The notes under the pieces are model-generated. The model worked only from the letters and a program-made list of their open reading frames with translations. It had not been told where the DNA came from and searched no databases. Position numbers and translations under genes: made by a program. Shown here piece by piece: positions 1 through 11,500 of a stretch of 64,000 nt of DNA. Position 1 is the stretch's first letter, and each line of letters opens with the position of its first letter. Source of the stretch: the human T2T-CHM13v2.0 reference genome, Homo sapiens; assembly GCF_009914755.1 (NCBI RefSeq), contig NC_060925.1; one strand, 5' to 3'.

Positions 1-1166
1 GGGATGAGTAGGTCTAAAGTGACTAATCCATTCCACTATCCCAATATCCCTAAACCTTTGGAACCCTTCCTCTGCATTAAACCAAGGAGATCAGGCATTT
101 CCAGCTCACTCACAGTGGGACATCTTTTAATCCATATTTCAGTTAACCAAGCTAATAAATGATCAGAACCTTTTTTAACTCCCCAAGCTGCAACATTAAA
201 TGCAGAGCCCCTACTTAGTGGCCCCAATTCAATAAATTCAGCCTGATCCAACTCTATGTTCCTTCCACCATTATCCCATACCCTTAATATCCATTCCCAC
301 GTCTGTTCTCCAGGTTGCTGTTTATATAAATTAGAGAACTCAAATAGTTCTTTTATAGTGTAGTGCACCTCCTCATGGTAATCACACTCTTAACCTTACC
401 TCTGGGGCTCACTGGGACTTTAGTTATAGGTTTAGAAGCAAACAGGGGATTTGGGGGTGACTCCTGAGGAGAATCAACATTATTTTGCCTGGCAACTGCT
501 TCAGGGGAGGTCATCACTGTTTCCTCAGGCAGCACAGGGTTTATCTCCTCAGAGAAAGGTGGAAAGGCTGATGACAGCTTGGGTCAGGGAGGGGATGTTG
601 CCACTACTAGGGATGGGGAAGCTGTTCCTTCTGGCAAAAAAATTTCATCAGAGTTTACAAACTCAGTGTCCCCAACTTCATCAGGTTCCTCCCATACATC
701 CCCATTCCAAGTTGCTGGGTCCCATTCTTTTCCAATCAATGCCCTCACTTTAAGAGTAGACACCTGGTGGGGCTGTGCATGCACCTTTCATTGCAGGTCA
801 GCCACTCACAAGATAAGAGCTTGTGTCTCTTTTTCCACAATTTCAGCTCTTTCTCTACAGAAGATAAGACTCTCACTCAGGGCAATCTTAGCAGATTTGA
901 GGCTCAATACCTGCTTCTGAAGCCAGGAGACAGAAGGCCTAAGTTCATCATTTTCTTTCATCACTTTGTCCACTGAACTTAGGAGCAATCAACCAGCTTC
1001 ATTATGTTCCTTGGTTCTACACATATAGTCAAAGTTATTATGTATAGAGTCACTAAACTCCTTGCCTCTCATGAGTGGTGAACTAGGAGTGCCAAATGCA
1101 TTTATTTGGCATAACTCTCTAAACAGTTCATGCCAAGGACTATCAATGTTCTCCATACTATTAGAA
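1..1166 (-). mobile_element. HERV-L (ERVL) internal region, decayed gag; continues beyond the left edge
   Basis: Minus-strand ORF fragments MENIDSPWHELFRELCQINAF, VKVRALIGKEWDPATWNGDVW-like and NLYKQQPGEQTWEWILRVWDNGGRNIELDQAEF match HERV-L/MuERV-L (Fv1-related) Gag. They are broken by stops and frameshifts. Confidence 0.9.
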
Positions 1167-2855
1167 TATATATAATATATATAAGAATATATATATACTA
1201 TAAGTATATACACTTATAATATATATAAGTGTATATACTTATATATATACTATAAGTATATATACTTATATATATACTATAAGTATATATACTTATATAT
1301 ATACTATAAGTATATATACTTATATATATACATAAGTATATATACTTATAGTATATATGTAAGTATATATACTATAAGTATATATACTTATATACTATAA
1401 GTATATATACTATAAGTATATATACCTAGGTATATATACTTATATATATACTTGCATATAGATACTTGCATATATATACTTATATATACACTTGCATATA
1501 GATATACTTCCATATATATATTTCCATATATATATATTTCCATATATATTTCCATATATATATTTCCATATATATATATTTCCATATATATATTTCCATA
1601 TATATATTTCCATATATATATTTCCATATATATATTTCCATATATATATTTCCATATATATATATTTCCATATATATATTTCCATATATATATATTTCCA
1701 TATATATATTTCCATATATATATATTTCCATATATATATTTCCATATATATATATTTCCATATATATATTTCCATATATATATATTTCCATATATATATT
1801 TCCATATATATATATTTCCATATATATATTTCCATATATATATATTTCCATATATATATTTCCATATATATATTTCCATATATATATTTCCATATATATA
1901 TTTCCATATATATATTTCCATATATATATTTCCATATATATATTTCCATATATATATTTCCATATATATATTTCCATATATATATTTCCATATATATATT
2001 TCCATATATATATATTTCCATATATATATTTCCATATATATATATTTCCATATATATATTTCCATATATATATATTTCCATATATATATTTCCATATATA
2101 TATATTTCCATATATATATTTCCATATATATATATTTCCATATATATATTTCCATATATATATTTCCATATATATATTTCCATATATATATTTCCATATA
2201 TATATTTCCATATATATATTTCCATATATATATTTCCATATATATATATTTCCATATATATATTTCCATATATATATATTTCCATATATATATTTCCATA
2301 TATATATATTTCCATATATATATTTCCATATATATATATTTCCATATATATATTTCCATATATATATATTTCCATATATATATTTCCATATATATATATT
2401 TCCATATATATATTTCCATATATATATATTTCCATATATATATTTCCATATATATATATTTCCATATATATATTTCCATATATATATATTTCCATATATA
2501 TATTTCCATATATATATATTTCCATATATATATTTCCATATATATATATTTCCATATATATATTTCCATATATATATATTTCCATATATATATTTCCATA
2601 TATATATATTTCCATATATATATTTCCATATATATATATTTCCATATATATATTTCCATATATATATATTTCCATATATATTTCCATATATATATATTTC
2701 CATATATATTTCCATATATATATTTCCATATAAATATTTCCATATATATATATTTCCATAGATATATATATTTCCATATATATATATCCATATATATATA
2801 TTTCCATATATATATATCCATATATATATATTTCCATAGATATATATATATATAC
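1167..2855. repeat. AT-rich compound tandem repeat: palindromic TAAGTATATATACTTA-containing units (~1195-1440), then TTTCCA(TA)4-5 14/16-bp units (~1507-2840)
   Basis: Read directly. A 30-bp (14+16) higher-order period is visible at ~2220-2670. Confidence 0.98.
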
Positions 2856-2857
2856 TT

Positions 2858-3170
2858 GCAAGGAAAGCAAGTCCAAGTCCCAAAACTGAAGAACTTGGAG
2901 TCCGATGTTCTAGGGCAGGAAGCATCCAGCATGGGAGAAAGATGTAGGCTAGGAGCCTAGGCCCATCTCTCTTTTTCATGTTTTTCTGCCTGCTTTATAT
3001 TTGCTGGAAGGAGAATAGATTGTGCCCACCAGATTAAGGGTGAATGTGCGTTCTCCAGCCCACTGATGCAAATGTTAATCTCTTTTGGCAACACCCTCAC
3101 AGGCACACCCAGGATTGATACTTTGTATCCTTCAATCCAATCAAGTTGACACTCAGTAGTAACCATCACA
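2858..3170 (-). mobile_element. MLT2A-type (MLT2A1/A2) 5' LTR of HERV-L, with its 3' end missing
   Basis: Minus strand starts TGTGATGGTTACTACTGAGTGTCAACTTGATTGGATTGAAGGATAC, the MLT2A terminus. Same orientation as, and upstream of, the HERV-L gag. Confidence 0.9.
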
Positions 3171-3934
3171 AGTGGTAACAAAATAAAGTTTCATTTTGTT
3201 CATGCTTGAACTTGTGGGTTGAGATTTGTCTCATTAACATGTTATTAAATATGGATTTAATTCTGCATGAGATGGTGGCCATCATTTCTTCATTGTTTCC
3301 TTCAGCTTTTAGTATGTACTAGGTATAGGGTTGGGCAGGGGGCAAATATGAACATGACGGACTCCCTGACCTCAAGGATGATGCAGTAAAGTCGGGGAGA
3401 ATGGTATGAATAGAGTCAGAATATAATGGCATCTTGCTAGAGCAGAGGAGTGTATAGAGTTCATGGGGGCTTTAGATAAAATTCAGTGAAGGCTTCTCAG
3501 AGGAAAGAGCTTTTAGTTAAGACATAAGAGACGAGGAAGAGATGGCAGATGTATTTTTATATAAAGGACTAGCATATGCAGACATTGAGGCATGACAGAG
3601 CATTAGTTGTTCAGACGAGCACAAATAAGTTTTTATTGTCTAAATGAAAAATGTAATGGTGATGGTACAGGGTGCAGAGAGTGTAGGGAAAAGATGGGAA
3701 AGGCCACAAAGAACCTTGTTAATCATGCAAAGGGGTTTTATATTATCAGCTAGTCCATAGGAATCAATGCAAGGGAGCAACACGGCAACATAATCAGATC
3801 TACATGTTGAAATAATCATTTAGGCAATATAAATCAGAGGCTTGTCATTAAAGACAGTGAGATCAGTAAGGAAGGCTCTTGTACTATGACTACTACCAAT
3901 TCTGCCCATTGCTGTCACTTATAAACTCGTTCCT

Positions 3935-4085
3935 CTGCCAGGCACTTTACACATTTGTTTCATTTTGTCTTCATGCCAACCTTATTTTACAAATGAAGAA
4001 ACTGAGGCTTAAAGAGGTTAATTCACTTGTCCAAATTAACATAGTGGAGAATAGCCAAATGAAAGTTAAACTCAAGTCAACAGAC
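3935..4085. mobile_element. MIR SINE fragment
   Basis: MIR core attttacaaatgaagaaactgaggcttaaagaggttaattcacttgtccaa. Confidence 0.75.
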
Positions 4086-4169
4086 CAACAGGTTTCCAAA
4101 AGTTGGTATTCTTCTCAAATAATATTTGTTTCTAGTGTCAGTCCAGGAAAGGGATGCTTATGGCTAGAA

Positions 4170-4500
4170 TTGGGGTAAGTGCAGCAGAGAAGATGAGAAA
4201 CCAGACATGAGAAATGTTTAGGACTCAGTGACTAACTGAACATAGGGGCAAAGGGAGAGATAAAGCCTGAGTGAATGCCCAGATTCCAGGCAGGGCAGTT
4301 GGGCGGGTGATGAAGACATTCATCAAGAGATGTAAAATAGAAGAGGAGGAGGGTTTCTGGGGAAGATAATGAGTTCTGTTTTGGATCTCTAGTTTATGGT
4401 GCCACTCATAAGCTAAAGAATAGGGTGGTTGGAGGTCTGCATGAATTGTGGTGGAAGGATAAAAGGGCAAGGGGAGAGGAAGATTCTGGTAAAGGAGTTG
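4170..4500 (-). mobile_element. L2 LINE fragment
   Basis: Purine-rich L2 antisense signature (ggggaagataatgagttctgttttggat...). Confidence 0.6.
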
Positions 4501-4509
4501 TGTAATTTG

Positions 4510-5240
4510 TTCCCCAGACAACCGGACCCCTACAATCTTGACTGATGTGACAGGCCCCTGAATCTTCCCAGCATATTTTCCTACCCTCTGGAGTACACAC
4601 ATCCTACAAAGGTCTCCAAAATATTTGCCACATCTTGCTCATTGGCTGATTAACATGGTGTTATCTATAGAAGATACTAATATTATGTTCTTTGGGATGT
4701 TCAGACAGTCCAAGCCCCTTCAGACTATATTATGCCAGAGGAAGAGGATAATACAACCCTAGGGGAAGACCAAAAATGTAGACTATTGTCCCTTCCATAT
4801 GAATGTGGGCTGCTTTTGATCTATTGTCTTGAAAGGATGTAAAGGAACTCATTGGCTAGGTCAATGGCACATGTAGCTGAGGCTGTGCTAATCTATTCTA
4901 ACAAAGACATCACATCTGTCACAGCAAGTGCACTTAGAGCCAGTACAGATGGAGTTTGCAGCAGTCCATGGGCATCCTCCAGGATCCATAGAGTTTCTTT
5001 ATGGGTTAGACTGGTAAATTAAATGGAAATATGATAAGGACTACCACCCCTGCCATTTCCCCTAGGATGCAAAATTGGTTTGGATTTATTGTGTTCACTG
5101 AGGGATGGTTGTGGTGGTGGTGGTGGAGTTTGCTTTTCCCCACTGTGACATACTATGTTGTGAATGAGCCTAGTTATTGGCCAGGTGGCCAGAAAGGGAG
5201 GTGGGAGTAAATTCTGACCTTTGAAAATATTGTTTTTCAA
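4510..5240 (-). mobile_element. Ancient ERVL-class pol (reverse transcriptase core) remnant
   Basis: Minus-strand translation gives GSWRMPMDC, DVMSLLE, AIDLANEF, QKQPTFIWKGQ, LVSSIDNTML and KIQGPVTSVKIVGV. These are colinear with ERVL RT motifs GSWRMTVDY, DVVSLLE, AIDLANAF, QKQFAFSWQGQ, LVHYIDDIML and KIQGPSTSVKFLGV. The boundary beyond ~5010 is uncertain. Confidence 0.85.
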
Positions 5241-5899
5241 GACAGTGGCTGCTGTGTCATCTTCATGTAAAGGAGAAGTGTTAGCCTTTAATAGGGAAGA
5301 GTAGGATAGTTCTGCTCATCCAGAAAGGTCAAATGAATTTGGTGTTTCAAGGTTTTTGAGTATATTGACCCAAATGTCCTATTTCCAAGTCTCAAGGTAC
5401 CATTGTTTTTCAACTAGGGTCCTTCTTCTGACAAAGCAGACTTGCCAAAGTTGAGGATTTAAATTTCCCTGGAGTCTACTAACCTGTCATTAAGACCTAG
5501 AACTGATCCTCAGAGTTTTTTTTTGCCTTCCAGCTTTAGGAAGTAAGAGTCTCTAGGATGCTGCCAAGGAGGCCTTCTGACTTTGCAATCATCATCTCTA
5601 TTGACTGAATATTAGGCTGAGTTAAGTCTTGTGGTGGGCTGTCTTGGAGACAAACACAGAATTAAATTTAAACCAGACCTTACCTAGTGGGTTGCCGATG
5701 CTCTTCCTCTCAGGCAGCCCTTCAGAGCAACTTCCTGTTCTCATGAGGAAGAAACCCGAGTGAATTTCTTTATGCAGAAAAGACAAAAGAAAGACAGTGT
5801 CATTTCCTATGCTGAGATTATGACTGAGTATCATCCACTTAGGTCAAACCTTTAACAGAAAGGAGGAGTTTCTGATAAGCAGCTAATTAGGGGGAAGAA

Positions 5900-6520
5900 T
5901 GAAGTGTTTAACGTTAGAAACAGTGAGTTTCAGTATGTAGTGAGGGCCATATCCAGTTTAGGAGTGAGTGCAGTTGGTTTGGTTCTGAGCACACTGAGTT
6001 TGAGGTCCAGGGGTACTTTAACAGGGAGGTGTTCTGTGAAATTGGTAGGACTGACACACAGGAGAGATGTCAGGGCCAGAGAGGCAATTGGGGAATTACC
6101 TGTATGTTTGAAGATTTGAGAGGTGATGGAGAAACATGTGGAGTGACAAGAGCAAAAAAGGTTGAGGATAGAGCCTTGGATTATACCTGATTGGTGAATG
6201 GAAAGAGGATGTAAAACCAATGAAAAAGAAAGATTAACACATGCCATAGAAAAATTGTGACAATATAGGCTCTTGCATGCCAAGGCAGATTAAATTTTGG
6301 AAGGAAAACATGGTGATGAGTGCCTACGGCTAATGAGAGATAGGAGCATGAGGGCTCTGATTTGGGGACCAGGAACCACTGGGAACATTGGAGACAATTG
6401 TTTCATTGAGGTGATGTGGACTGGAACTAAGTGCCTACATACAGGGAGTGATTCAGTGGTGACAAAACAGGGGAGATGAGGACAGATAACCTTTCAAAAA
6501 ATATAGGCAGGAAATGAAAG
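5900..6520 (-). mobile_element. L2 LINE fragments
   Basis: Degenerate L2 antisense motifs (gagtttgaggt..., ggaaccactgggaacattggagac...). Confidence 0.55.
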
Positions 6521-8664
6521 AGAAAAAGAACTCCAGAGTTGATGTCAGAGTTTCATATGCCAGTGAAACAAACTTCAGAGCTCCTCACTACTCTGGGCCT
6601 GGAAGGCCGTGAATTTTGTGATGATACCATAAATGGTATTCATCAGCTTTTTAAAAATGTGCAATTTGTTATGATTTCTCTTCTTATTCTAAATAAATGC
6701 TCACATTGGTACCTAATTTTGTATTTGTAATTTGTAATATTCTTTTTTCTAAAAGATGCCACCAAAATTGTTTAAGTTTTAGGTTGCCTAAACCTGAATA
6801 CTCTCTGGCAAGGATGTATGTTACAGATTCATCAGTAAGGGAATTTCTTCTCTCCTGTCCTCTCAGGCCCAAGAAAAGTTTTGGTAGAGATGAATTCCAA
6901 CTCTACCAGTGAACATGCTAGCATGCTGGTCTTGACTAAGCAGATACAGCAGTTATATCACTCTGAAAGTTGAAAGGGTACTTTATTTTGGCTCCTTCCA
7001 GTTTAGGCCTTTCCTCCTTTCCTTTAACCTCCCATTAGCACAAATTGGTTGATCCAGAAGGTACTCTGGAAAATACCTTTGGAGTGGTATTTGGTGATCC
7101 TTCGGGTTCTTTGTCAACTTGAGGTTCTTTATTTGTTTCAAAGAGCAGGCCTTCAAGGTATCTGTGCCCAGATGGGGGAAGGTGGCAGGAAGGCAATGGT
7201 GACAAGGAAGAGTGACTAGTTCTGAGGGAGGATAAGGACAGGGGACAGCATAGGAGGTTTGGTCCAGATGAGGGGTCAGAGGTGAGGTAACCGGGTTTTC
7301 TGGGGTGGCCAAGAACACAGGCCAGGACTGATAGGATGAGGGAAGAGTTAAAGCTGTACCTGGGAGGATACATAAGAGAGAGAGCATGGAAGGTGAGGTA
7401 GTGTCAGGGGTGAGTGTGTCTGCCTCAGAGATGCCTCCGGAGAAATTCTCTCACAGGAAGCCTTGTCTGATCACTGACTCATTGTGTGGCCGGCTTTTCC
7501 TGTGCTTCAGTTTCCCCTCTGTAGATGAGAAGCACCGCAGAGGGCTACAGAAAGGAAAGTCTAAGAAAAACAGAACACAGCACTGGTAGTATAGAAATTC
7601 TTCTATGGTTCCTATGGTAATAATCCTTAGCTGAAGATAAAAAAAAAAGTGAGCAAAATACATGTCCACTTTGTTAGATATATTGCAAATTGAGATCTTT
7701 ATCTTCCAGGGGATTGTCACTAAAAGAGATAATTTTCTCAAGAAAACTCCAAGTTTCAGGGTCCTCAGTTTGCCATTGACATGCAGAAGTTGAATTAGGC
7801 ACAATTTTTGTAGTAAGGAAAGAAATGGTAAACAAATATTAGGTCATTTATTCAAAATAACATGTACTGAGTGCTCACTATGTGCCAGTGTCCCCACTTT
7901 ATAATAGTTGCTAAGACTTCAAAGCTGGAAAGGGTATATTTAGCCTTATACGAGTATGGCAGAGAGAAAGGAATTGCAGCTATTTACAGTTGCATGAGCT
8001 ACAGGCTCTACTCCAGAGGCATGTGCCAGGTGCTCTGAGTGATCCCAAAAAAGAGCCCTGAACAGAGCGGACATAAGCCAGAGTTTCACAAAGACAAGTT
8101 TCACAAAGAAACTGACGTGTGGGCTGGGCTCTGGAAGTGTTAAATGAGAAGGGGCCGAGTAGCAAAATGAAGGGTGGGAGGACATGGGAGGAGGATTTTC
8201 CACTTTGGCAGGAAACCTCAAGTCAGACTATTTGAGTAACAATTCCTTAGAAACTGACAATATGTTGATACATCTTCATATGTCTTGGGAACATTTTCTA
8301 GACCCTTGTCCCCACTGGAGCCCCAACACACATTTCTATTTAACTCACTCCTTTGTCCAAAAGCATTCAGTAGCTTCACAATGATTATGAAAATGATCCA
8401 AACCCCTCTTCTGGAATATGATGCCCTGCCTGATTTTGACCCGTCTTGAGCAGCTCTTCTCTTCACCCACTTGATTTTTATCGCTCATTATGTGACTGGC
8501 TACTTCTCATTCTCCAGGTTTCCATGTAAATTTCCTCTCCCCGAAGAGGACTTGACTGACCTGCTTATCTAAGTAGGCTCCTCATACTCCATCCTGATTT
8601 TTCTATATTATTGTATACTATAAGTAAAATATTTGTTGGATAAATTGAATGTTGATTGAAATAA

Positions 8665-8945
8665 TAGTAATACAGCATTTACTGAATTCTTACTATATGC
8701 AATTCAGTATACTATAAGACAACCATATTGTACCAACACTATGCTTACTTCTTTATAAACATTGCCTCATTTTGTTCTTACAATAAACTTGTGAAATAAG
8801 TACTAGTATTATTATTCCTATTGTACAGAAGAAGAAACTGAAACTTAAGAGAGGCCAAGCAAATTAGCCCAGGAAACACAGCTGGCGATAGAGTAACAGG
8901 CTTAGAAATCAGAAAATCTAACCTCAGAGTCTACCCTTTTAAACA
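8665..8945. mobile_element. MIR SINE
   Basis: attattattcctattgtacagaagaagaaactgaaacttaagagagg core. Confidence 0.75.
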
Positions 8946-9244
8946 TATCTACTTAAATCATTTTAAATATTGCCTTTTGAATGTGTATGACAGCGCAAAA
9001 TCTCAGCAAATGATTATCACGTTTATTTCAGATCAGCCTGTGTTCTATAAATTTGTAAGTGATCAGACTCATTAATCTAGATTTTTTTTACTACAGTTCA
9101 TGTTATCATTCATGTAATCAATTGATATTTTGTCCTTTAGCAAAAGGAAAACATGAAGTTAGTTCACTCCTTTCTACTCTTCAAATTTTTCTTATCACAT
9201 AATTGATGTAATACCTATGCGAGTGCATTCAGTAGAGAATTCCA

Positions 9245-9420
9245 AGGCAGTGCACCTCAACATGTATGAACATTTTGGTTTATAAGAATCATCTCTGGGT
9301 CTTATTAAAATGCAGTTTCTGGTTCAGTTGGCCTAGGATGGGACCTGAGATACTGCACTTCTAGTAAGTTCCAGTTGAGGCTAATACTGCTAGTTGGGGA
9401 CCACACTTTGAGTAGCAAGG
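9245..9420. mobile_element. MER5A/B (hAT-Charlie) DNA transposon
   Basis: ttaaaatgcag...gggacctgagatactgcacttctagtaagttcc...gggaccacactttgagtagcaagg. Confidence 0.8.
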
Positions 9421-9944
9421 TTTTAAAGGATAAGAGTAATGTAGAGCCTGGGTTTTTCCTTCTTTCCCCACCAGGGGAAATAACATTCTACCAGCTGGCC
9501 ATCTGAAGACAGACCTTGGTGGAGACTGAGGATGAGGATATGCAATTATACTAGAATTAAATCCCCAGGAGATTAGGGTCCTTTTCTGCATGTTCCCCAT
9601 TCCTGGCACAGAGTCAGAGCTTAATAATTATTGAAGGAAGAGAATCTGTTCTTTCTTAGAAAAGTAAATAATAGTTCATAACAACATTCTGTCATGTATT
9701 CCCAGTCCTGTGGCTACAGTGGAATCCACATATCAAGGTAAATTCCTTTTTTGCACAGTAACTTGTATGAAGGGGATGGCAGGCAATGCTTACGTGGGAA
9801 CACAGAGGGAAAATGGGGTCCTAAGCCTTATACTTTGATGAATAGTCAAGTCCCTTTTGGATTTGTCTTTTCTGAGTTAGGGGCATATGCAACAGGCTGC
9901 TCTCTATTGCTGTGGGATTGAGTGGGTTTCTGAACACACTGACT

Positions 9945-11500
9945 CATTCCTCCATACATGTGAAAGCACCATTCGAAGGACTTGAGACATATTGGTGAGC
10001 AAACATAGACCCCTATCCTCATGAAGCTTTTATTGCTGCTGGTGGAGACAGAAATAATAAATGAAACAAATAAGTATGTTACATGTTATACGGTGATAGG
10101 ATTAAGAAAAAAAGAGAAGTAGAGCAAGATAGGGAAAGTATAAGAGTATGAGATAGAATGCGGTTGTAGTATTACATAGGAAGGCCAGAGTAGGTCTCGC
10201 TGAAAACGACATTTGAGTGAAGGCTTAAGAGGGGATGAGGGAATGATTCAGGTAGATTTCAGGGGCATGCGTGTTTCCAGGCAGAGGCAACAGCTGGTAT
10301 AAAGAACCTAAGGAAGGAGAGTTGCTGGCATGTTCCAGGCAGCACAAGGAGGTCAGTTTGTCTGGAGTGGAGTGGGGGATGAGGAGAGTCATATGAAGTG
10401 AGGTCAGAGAATTAAGGAGGTAGGTGAAGGGTTATTCAGGCACGTCCTTACTGGGCACTGTAAGGGCTTTGGGTTTTACTCTGAGTGAGGTAGGGATCCT
10501 CTTTAGGGGAGTGATATGATCTGACTTATGCTTTAAGAGGGTCTGACTTCTGCGTTGTGAAGAGACTATGGATGGGCAACGGTAAAGGCAAGGAGACCAG
10601 GAAAGAGCTGTGGCAACAATCCAAGAGATAGGTGAGGGTGAAAAGGGCCAGGGTGGGAGCAGCAGAGGTAGTGAGAAGTGGTCAGATCCTGGAAATATTT
10701 TCAAGGCAAGAGGTGACAGGATTTACTGACTGATAGGATGTGGGTTGTGAGAGAGAAAGAGGTCAGGCATGCTGGGTGGGTTTGATGATACCCAGCTCAG
10801 ACACACACAGGTTATTTTTGACCTGAGTGACTGGAGGGATGAAGTAACAATTAACCAAGATGAAGACAGGGAAGATCAGGAGTTCACGTGTGAGAGAGAA
10901 GAGGAAAAGTTCTGTTTTGGATAAGTTGAACCTAAAGGGACTTGTGTTTCCAACACTTTATATTTCAACACTTTATATTCAAAAATATAAAGTAGGCAGT
11001 TCTGGATATGATTCTAAAGTTCAAGAGAGAGGTTTGGGCTGGATGTAGAAATTTGAGAGTCATGGAATATAACACTATTGAAAGTCATGAGACTGGATAA
11101 GTGAATGTTGACAGAGAAAAACAGAGGAACAAGGACTGAGTCTTGGCATACACCAGGATAAAGAGATTAGAAAGAAGAGGAGAAACCAGTAAAGGAGAGG
11201 GAAAAGAAGTGACCCACAGGGTAGGAGGAAAACCAAAGAGTGTGGGCTCCTAGAAATCAGGTGGAGAAAGTGTATGAAGGAGTAGGGAATGGTCTACTAT
11301 GTCAAATGATTTTTACAGATCAAGTATGACGAGTGCTCAGAAATGCTGAGAATTGAGCCAACAAAGTAGGGGTCATTGGTGACTTTGATAAGAGCAGGTT
11401 TGGTGTGACTTTGAGGACAAACATCTTATTTGAAGGAGTGTAAGAAAGAATAAGAGAAGAAAAACTGGAGAGAGCAGATACAGACTCACTTGAGGACTTT
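9945..11500 (-). mobile_element. L2a LINE, ~1.5 kb
   Basis: Long colinear L2 antisense sequence (aggcagaggcaacagc..., gtgagaagtggtcagatcctggaaatattttcaagg). Confidence 0.85.

Noticed and set aside
1507-2840. Regularly spaced repeat resembling a CRISPR array
   Set aside because: No unique spacers, no cas genes, and the context is primate DNA. It is a simple minisatellite.
1388-2979. Five overlapping 413-514 aa ORFs ([10 protein letters not shown].../YIFPYIYFH...)
   Set aside because: Artefacts of the TA/TTTCCA repeat, which happens to lack stop codons. Low complexity, open on both strands, no gene context.
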